A DNA stretch of 64,000 nucleotides from NCBI RefSeq assembly GCF_009914755.1, contig NC_060929.1. One strand, given 5' to 3'. Below the pieces are notes generated by a model, which was given only the letters and a program-made list of their open reading frames with translations, was not told the DNA's origin and made no database searches. Origin of the DNA: the human T2T-CHM13v2.0 reference genome, Homo sapiens. This document shows positions 56,063-64,000 of this stretch, piece after piece (the stretch's first letter is position 1; each line of letters opens with the position of its first letter). The position numbers were made by a program, and so were the translations under genes.

Positions 56063-57304
56063 AGTTTTACAGTTTTCATTGCAGAGATCTTTCACTTGTT
56101 TGGCTAAGTTAATTCTCAGGTATTTTATTTTACTTGTGGCTATTGTAAATGGGATTTTTTTAATTTTCCATATGGTTCACTGTCGGCATATAGAAATGCT
56201 ACTGATTTTTGTATGTTGATTTTAAATACTGCAACTTTACTAAATTTGTTTATCAATTGTCATTTTTTGTTGTTGAAGTCTAGTTTTTTCCAAATACAAG
56301 ATCATATCATCTGCAAACAAGGATAATTTGACTTCTTCCTTTCCAATTTGGATGGACTTTATATCATTCTCTTGTCTGATTGTCATTAAAATAATTGCCA
56401 TTTAAAATAATTGTCATTATTTTAAAATGATGTCATCTTATTACAGATTGCATAAACATACAAGTGAACTAACAAACAAGCAAAGAGGAAACGAATAAAA
56501 ATTTGACACCTAAACTTTGTACCCCACTTTTTAACTTTTTGTTGTTTCTATTTATATCTTATTATATACTGTCTATGTCTAGAAAAGTTGTTGTAGTTAT
56601 TATTTTTTATCCGTTCAGTGTTTAGTCTTTCTACACAAGAAATGAGTAGGTTACACACCAAAATTACAGTGTTATAGTATTCTGTAATTTTCTGTGTCCT
56701 TGCTATTAACCATGAGTTTTGTACATTCAGATGATTTCTTATTGCTTATTAATATCTTTTTCTTTTAGGTTGAAGAACTTCCGTTAGCATTTCTTGTAGG
56801 ATAGGACTGGTGTTGATAAAATCTCTCAGCTTTGTTTGTCTGGGAAAGTCTTTCTCCTTCATGTTTGAAGGATATTTTCGCTTGATATACTACTCTGGGA
56901 TAAAAGTTTCTTCAGCACTTACTAAACATGTCATGCTACACTCTCCTGGCCTGTAAGGTTTCCACTGAAAAGTTTGCTACCAGATGTATGGGAGCTCCAC
57001 TCTATGTTATTTGTTCCACTTTACTTGCTGCTTTTAGGATTCTTTTTTTTTTTTAAATCCTTAACCTTTGGGAGTTTGATTATTAAATGCCTTGAGGTAG
57101 CCTTCTTTGGGTTAAATCTGCTTGGTATTCTGTAACCTTCTTGTACTTGAATACTGATATCTTTCTCTACGTTTGGGAAGTTCTCATTATTAACCCTTTG
57201 AATAAACTTTCTCCTTCTATGTCTCTCTTTACATCCCCTTTAAGGCCAATACCTCTTGGAGTTGGCCTTTGGATGATATTTATAGATCTTGTATGCATGT
57301 TTCA

Positions 57305-57473
57305 TTTTTATTCTTTTTTCTTTTGTTTCCTCTGCCTATTTTCTTTCTTTCTCTTTCTTTCTTTTTTCTTTCTTTCTCTTTCTTTTTCTTTCTCTTTCCT
57401 TCTTTCTTTCTTTCTTTCTTTTTCTTTCTCCTTCCTTCCTTCCTTACTTCCTTTCTTTCCTTCTTTCTTTCTT
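57305..57473. repeat. CT-rich (CTTT/CCTT) low-complexity tract
   Basis: Polypyrimidine run visible directly. Confidence 0.9.
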
Positions 57474-58029
57474 ATTCTTCCAATCCGTGAACATGAAATA
57501 TCTGCATTTTGTGTCTTCTTCAATTGTTTTGCGATGTCATGTTTTCCTGGATGGTCTTGATGCTTGCGGATATTTGTCAATATCTGGACATTGAAGACTT
57601 AGGTATTTATTGTAGTCTTCACAATCTGGGCTTATTTTTACCCATCCTTCTTGGGAAGTTTTTCCAGATATTTGAAGAGGCTTGGGTGCTGTGATCTAAA
57701 TTTTTGGTTATTGCAGCCATATCTGCATTAGGGGGCATCCCAAGCCCAGTAATGCTGTTGCTCTTGCAGACTCCTAGAAGTACTGCATTGGTGGTCTTGG
57801 ATAAGATCTGGGAAAATTCCCTGGATTATCAGGCAGAGACTCTTGTTTTCTTCCCTTACTTTCTCCTAAACAAAAGGATCCTCTGTGTCTGTGCTGAACT
57901 TCCTGGAGCTGCCAGAGGGTTGATTCAAGGACTCTTGTGGTCACTGCCACTGGGATTGTGCTAGATCAGACCTGAAGCTAGCACAGCACTGGGGGTCTCA
58001 CCCAAGGCCCATGGTGACCACTGCATAAC

Positions 58030-59287
58030 ATATATCATAGTCTAACTAATAAAAATAAAGGCAAGAAAAATATTGAAAGAACTGAGAAAGAAAAGTACCT
58101 TATCTTTAGGGCAAAAGCAATCGGAATGACAGGAGATTTCTCATGGAAAACCATGGGTCCCAGGTGGAAATGGCACGCTATTTTTCAAGTGCCAAAAGAA
58201 AAGACCCTCCAGCCCTAAATTCTATATCCAGTGAACATATCTTTCACAAGTGAAGAGGAAATTAAGATATTCCCAGATGAAGGAAAAACTAAGAATTTGT
58301 TGCACACAGACCTACCCTGAAAGAATGGCTAAAGAAAGATCTTTAAACAGAAAGGGAACGATAAAAAGGAAAGAACTTTGGAACATCAGGAAGGAAGAAA
58401 GAACACAATAAACAAAAGTAGATTTCACCAGAAAGGATGTACAGATGAAGAATAAGCATATAAAATGATGTTCAACACCATTAGCTATTAGCAAAATGAA
58501 ACCACAGTGGGATATCACTAGATGCCTACCAGAATGGCTAAAATAAAATCCATGACAATACCAAATGCTGGTGAGAATTCACAGAGACTGGATCACTTAT
58601 TCATTGCTGATGGGATGCAAAATGGTAAGCCACTCTGGAAAACAGTTTAGAAGTTTCTTCAAGAATTAAACATGAACTACCTTATGACTCAGGAGTTGCA
58701 GTCCTGGACATTTATTCCTGATAAATGAAAACTTATGTTCACACAAAAACTTGCACATGAACATTTATAGTAGCTTATTAATAATAGCCCCAAAGTAGAA
58801 ACAATTCAGGTGTCCTTCAATGGGTGAATAGTTAAACTGTGGTATATCCATGTATGGAACACTCCTCACTAATAATAAGAAACATACTATTGATACACAT
58901 AACAACCTAATCTCCATATAATCATACTAAGTAAAAAAAAAAGCTGATACCAAAAGATTATGTACTGTATGATTCCATTTCTATAATATTATTGAAATTA
59001 CAAAATTATAGGAATGGAAAAGAAATTGGTGGTTGCCAGAGATTAAGGAGGGAATGGGCTGGGGTGACACGAGTGTAGCTGTAGAAGTTAACATGCAGAA
59101 TTCTTATGGGGATGAAAATGTTCTGTCTCTTGACTGTATCAATGACAAAATCCTGGTTGTAATATTATATTACAGTCATGCAAAATGTTACTAATGAAGG
59201 AGTTTGGGTAAAGGGTGTAGGAAATCTCCTTTATTATTTCTTATAACTGCATGTAAATCTGCAATTATGTCAGAATAAAAGTTTAAA
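58030..59287 (+). mobile_element. Old L1 (L1MC/MD-like): ORF1 fragment joined to ORF2 end and 3'UTR
   Basis: aattctatatccagtgaacatatctttcacaagtgaagaggaa ORF1-like; 3' end ataactgcatgtaaatctgcaattatgtcagaataaaagttt. Confidence 0.75.
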
Positions 59288-59753
59288 CAATTGGAAATGA
59301 CAGTTTCACCTCTCTGGTATTATTTTATTTTCCTGTTGCTTAATTGCCCTTGTGTTGTTCTCTAAGTGCTAGGCATATTACTAGAAGACAGAGACATACA
59401 ATTCTCTTTTCCAGTAGCTGGCATGAATGAGAAAATAATTATGGATCAAGTTGTTATTCTGTTATGATATTGATTTTCATTTTACTTTAAATAGATTAAT
59501 GCAATTAAAACAGTCATTGTAACATAGATACCCTTTGGTAGACCAGCATTCCCATGTACGTAAGTACTGTAGCCTTAGCATCTGTGGCTTATATCTAAGT
59601 TTGTGATATAAAGTTAAGAAGGAATTTCTGGTCCTTCCTATTTGAGACAATAAAGACATCTATTATTCTAGTTATCTTTCAGTTAAATAGACCTATAGCT
59701 AAAAACAAATTTGAAACTGATTCCAAATACTTTCTTTTATATATGTGTGCTAG

Positions 59754-60107
<354 letters not shown>

Positions 60108-61234
60108 CATTGTCACTTTTAAATTGCATAATTCTTCTTTGTGTTTATTATATGTATTTTATAAACACAAGAACATTTTGATTGTTTCATTTCCTTTAAA
60201 TATTTGAACTATGAAATAAATCCTGCGAAAAAACAGTGGGCCAAATGTATACATACAGTTTTTAGTAATCAAATCACTACCACCTTGTTTCAGAAATTTA
60301 ACTTTATCTGAATTTTAGTATAAAACTTTCCATTATGAACCCCTCTGATGCCATCTTGCTTTTTCCTTGACTATCCCCACCTTGCAGATAATTTATATCT
60401 TGAATTTTATGTTAAATTATTCATATTCTTTTTAAGTAGTTCTATTCTTATATATTATTTGGGTTTACCTGTTTTGGAAATTGTGCAAATGAAATTAATC
60501 CAATTGTATTGTTCTATGGTCCCTGTTTTGTTCAATCATATGTCTGTGAACTATCCATGCTGATGTGTGTACTTGAAATCCTTTCATTTTAACTGTTATA
60601 TAGTATTTCAGGGAATATTTTAATGTATCCATTCTAAAGCCGTTAGATTTTTGAGTTATTTCCTTCAGTAAGGCTTTTTATTTTATCGTTACACTGCAGA
60701 TGCTCTTAAAAAGCATTCATTGATTTTTTTTTTCATTTTTTGACACAATCAATCACTTCCTCCTTCCTGAAGAATGCTCTTCTTTGGGCTTTTGTAATAA
60801 CACACCTTCCTGCTCTTAATCCTTACCTCACTTGGAGCTCCTTCCTGTTGGCTATGTTGGTCTTCCTAGCCAGTAAATGTTGGGATCCACCAAGAATCAA
60901 TCTCCAGGCTAGACTATATAGAACTGTTTATTAAATATCATCTGTACACTGAGGACTTCCACATTTTTATCACTAACCTCATCACCTCTCCTGATCCAGA
61001 CCCATGTATCTGATTGCTCTTACGTGATGTCGTCACTTGAATGTCTAAGAGGCATCTCAGACTTACTATGTATAACAGATAACTCTTGATTTGTCCCTTA
61101 ACAATATTTTCCCCAGTTTTCCACCATTCATTATCCATTTACCCATTCATCTAGGCAAGCAGCTAGGAGTTACCTTCACTTCTCCTCTTCCTTCCACCCA
61201 ATATCAAATTCATCAGAAAGTTCTATTGACTCTA

Positions 61235-61367
61235 AGCTGAGCGTAGTGGTGCAAGCCTGTAGTCCCAGATACTTAGGAGAATCTCTTAAGGCCAGGAGTT
61301 GGATACCAGCCTTGTTGATATAGCGAGACCCTCATCTCGAAAAAAAACCCAAAATGAAACAAACAAA
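61235..61367 (+). mobile_element. FLAM (Alu monomer)
   Basis: TSD aaagt(t/c)ctattgactcta at 61217 and 61368. Confidence 0.85.
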
Positions 61368-61651
61368 AAAGTCCTATTGACTCTACATTTAAATATATTT
61401 CTAGTCTGAGTGCTTCTACTCATGTGTATTTCTAGTCTGAGTATTTCTATTCATGTGACCCTATTTATTCTACCACTGTTTCTTGCATGAACGAATGCAA
61501 AAACCTCCATGCTCATTCCCTACTATATCCTAATATACACAATAGCCAGAACACTCATGAATAATGTTAAATAAAATGTGTCATTCTCTTGCTTGAATCC
61601 TCTAGGGTCTTCCTGCCACATTTTGAATAATGAACCTACATGCCTACATGA

Positions 61652-61991
<340 letters not shown>

Positions 61992-63055
61992 TCCACCTCT
62001 CTTACAGCAGCATCCAGCACTCTCCTTCTAGTCACATTGGCCTTAGGTTCTTCCTTGAACAGACTAAGATGGTTCCCATCTCCAGTGCCTTTGTAATTAT
62101 TCTTTCTGCCTAGAATATTTCCCAAGATCCTTATGTAGCCTATTCATTTATTTCCTTGCAGTCTCTGTTCAAATATCACAAGAGCTTCTATGTCCAGTTT
62201 TATATAAAATGCTACCCTTTCCATCACCGTGCATTCCCTTACCTACTTTTATTTTTCTTCATAGAACTTGTCTTCAGGTAAAAATCTATCATTAATTCCA
62301 CAACCCTTGTACAACCTGTATCCTCTGCTAGAATAGTAGGTTCTATGAGTGCAGGTATTCTGCTGTTCAAATCTATATCCATTGTATGTCACTTGGCTTG
62401 TACTAGGAGTTTAATAGTTCTTGGCTCAGTAGTAAATAAATGCACATTCCTTTGATTCTTCCTTGACTAAAGTGTTCATGCTTCACGTTCCAAAACACTT
62501 TTTCCAAGAAAACTTTTCAATAACCATAATTTGAAGAAGAGCAGAGGTATATATGTCCAGGACCCTACTCCTTAGGATATTTCCATATTTGAGTGTAAAC
62601 ATGAAACCAATTTCTTCTACTTCTGCTTTCCTCCCCTCTGCCTTCTCTCTACTCTCCCCAGCCTGCCCCCCAAAATTTCTATGTGACAGTGAAAATATAA
62701 ATATTCCTCCTTTTCCTGCATACTTATATTTTACCACATGTGTTATTTGAAGCACGATTTTCAATCACAATTGGAGAAATGGAGGCAAGAGTGACATTTC
62801 TGGTCTAATTTGCTTCCTTGGTCCATTTGAAGGCATCTCTTTCCTAATCTCATCACTGTATGTTATGTATTTATCTCTCTAATTTATCTTAGCAGATTAT
62901 GAAAAGTATAAAACCCCATCTTTAGGTAGTACTGTCATCATCATTGCCCTTCAGTTTGTTTAAGAGAAATTGAATTTGTTTAAGAAACAAGAATTTGTTT
63001 AGGACAAGATCAGAGGTGTCATAGATTCACTTAAATGGTGTTGTTTAATTTCTAG

Positions 63056-63463
63056 GAGTTGAGGAGTGCTGAAACAATTGGTCGTACCATCATATCTCCA
63101 GCTATTTCTGGAAAGGATTTTGTGATAACTGAAGGCACATTGGTCTTTGAACCTGGCCAGAGAAGCACTGTATTGGATGTCATCCTAACGCCAGAGACAG
63201 GATCTTTAAATTCATTTCCTAAACGCTTCCAGATTGTCCTTTTTGACCCAAAAGGTGGTGCCAGAATTGATAAAGTGTATGGGACTGCCAACATCACTCT
63301 TGTCTCAGATGCAGATTCGCAGGCCATTTGGGGGCTTGCAGATCAGCTACATCAGCCTGTGAATGATGATATTCTCAACAGAGTGCTCCATACCATCAGC
63401 ATGAAAGTGGCCACAGAAAACACAGATGAACAACTCAGTGCCATGATGCATTTAATAGAAAAG
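63056..63463 (+). CDS. ADGRV1: ADGRV1 coding exon (~exon 78)
   Basis: ttctag|GAGTTG...GAAAAG|gtaagt; ELRSAETIGRTII...MMHLIEK; 408 nt, phase 0-0. Confidence 0.95.
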
Positions 63464-63689
63464 GTAAGTTTTTGTGAATATTAGTAATTTGTTTAGTGAA
63501 ATTTTGTAAATTTAAAAACCCAAGTAAAACCAAAATCACATTCTCTTTTAACATTGGTTATTATGAAATTATGATAAATTTAGATTTCTGAACATAGGAA
63601 TAGAATGCATCATATCTGACACTGTCCTCTTCCTTGGATATGACTGATGCCTCTTTGGAAATCTCAGTCTTAGGCTTGGAGAATGACCT

Positions 63690-63880
63690 AGTGCAGTAGT
63701 AAAGACAGCCTAGTGCATGAAAAAAAAGGCTCCAGAGGTTGGGAGCTATAGGCAGTTGGCGACTCTCCAGAAACTGGCCAATTAACTTTGTAGTTTGAGC
63801 CTCAGTTTTTTTAGTCCATTAAGAAAAAGGACTTGAGCTAGATTATCTACATAGTCCTTCCAGTTTAAATGCCATGGAAT
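63690..63880 (+). mobile_element. MIR (MIR3-like) remnant
   Basis: gagcctcagttttttt...gagctagattatctacatagtccttccagtt. Confidence 0.5.
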
Positions 63881-64000
63881 AGAAATTATCACCCTCTGCT
63901 TGTTCTTTAGTCCTCACGGGCACTGAAAACTTTCACAGAAAAGAAAAATTAAGAAATGACTAGATAATTTCAGACATTCCATTTGGTATATACTTGTACA

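Larger units (their letters stand above)
53890..58020 (-). mobile_element. Old L1 (L1MA-like), internally deleted: 3'UTR and ORF2 end (53890-56383), ORF1/5' part (~56430-58020)
   Basis: ORF remnant [20 protein letters not shown]; gatcatatcatctgcaaaca (RT FADD region); ORF1-like tcctggcctgtaaggtttccactgaaaag. Confidence 0.8.

Noticed and set aside
57141-57594. Phe/Ser-rich and Lys/Glu-rich ORFs
   Set aside because: Translations of the CT-rich low-complexity tract

Overview
Human (or very closely related great-ape) genomic DNA from the middle of ADGRV1 (VLGR1/GPR98/MASS1, the Usher 2C adhesion GPCR), on the + strand. I traced 17 consecutive coding exons with GT-AG boundaries whose phases chain into one open frame of Calx-beta-type repeats. 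By recalled NM_032119 numbering these are about exons 62-78; the numbering is from memory, while the boundaries are read from the sequence. The introns are repeat-rich: about 14 Alu/FLAM, young and old L1, L2, MIR, MLT2/MST LTRs and MER6-family DNA transposons. Best candidate for something undescribed: an antisense full-length young L1 in intron 75 has an intact 71-aa ORF0 whose second splice donor is in frame with the next ADGRV1 exon 1.24 kb downstream, predicting an ORF0-ADGRV1 C-terminal fusion. The same element carries an antisense poly(A) signal that could split the gene, and it is itself a composite L1 inside one target-site duplication. All functional claims are predictions from sequence only, and repeat subfamily calls are from remembered diagnostics.
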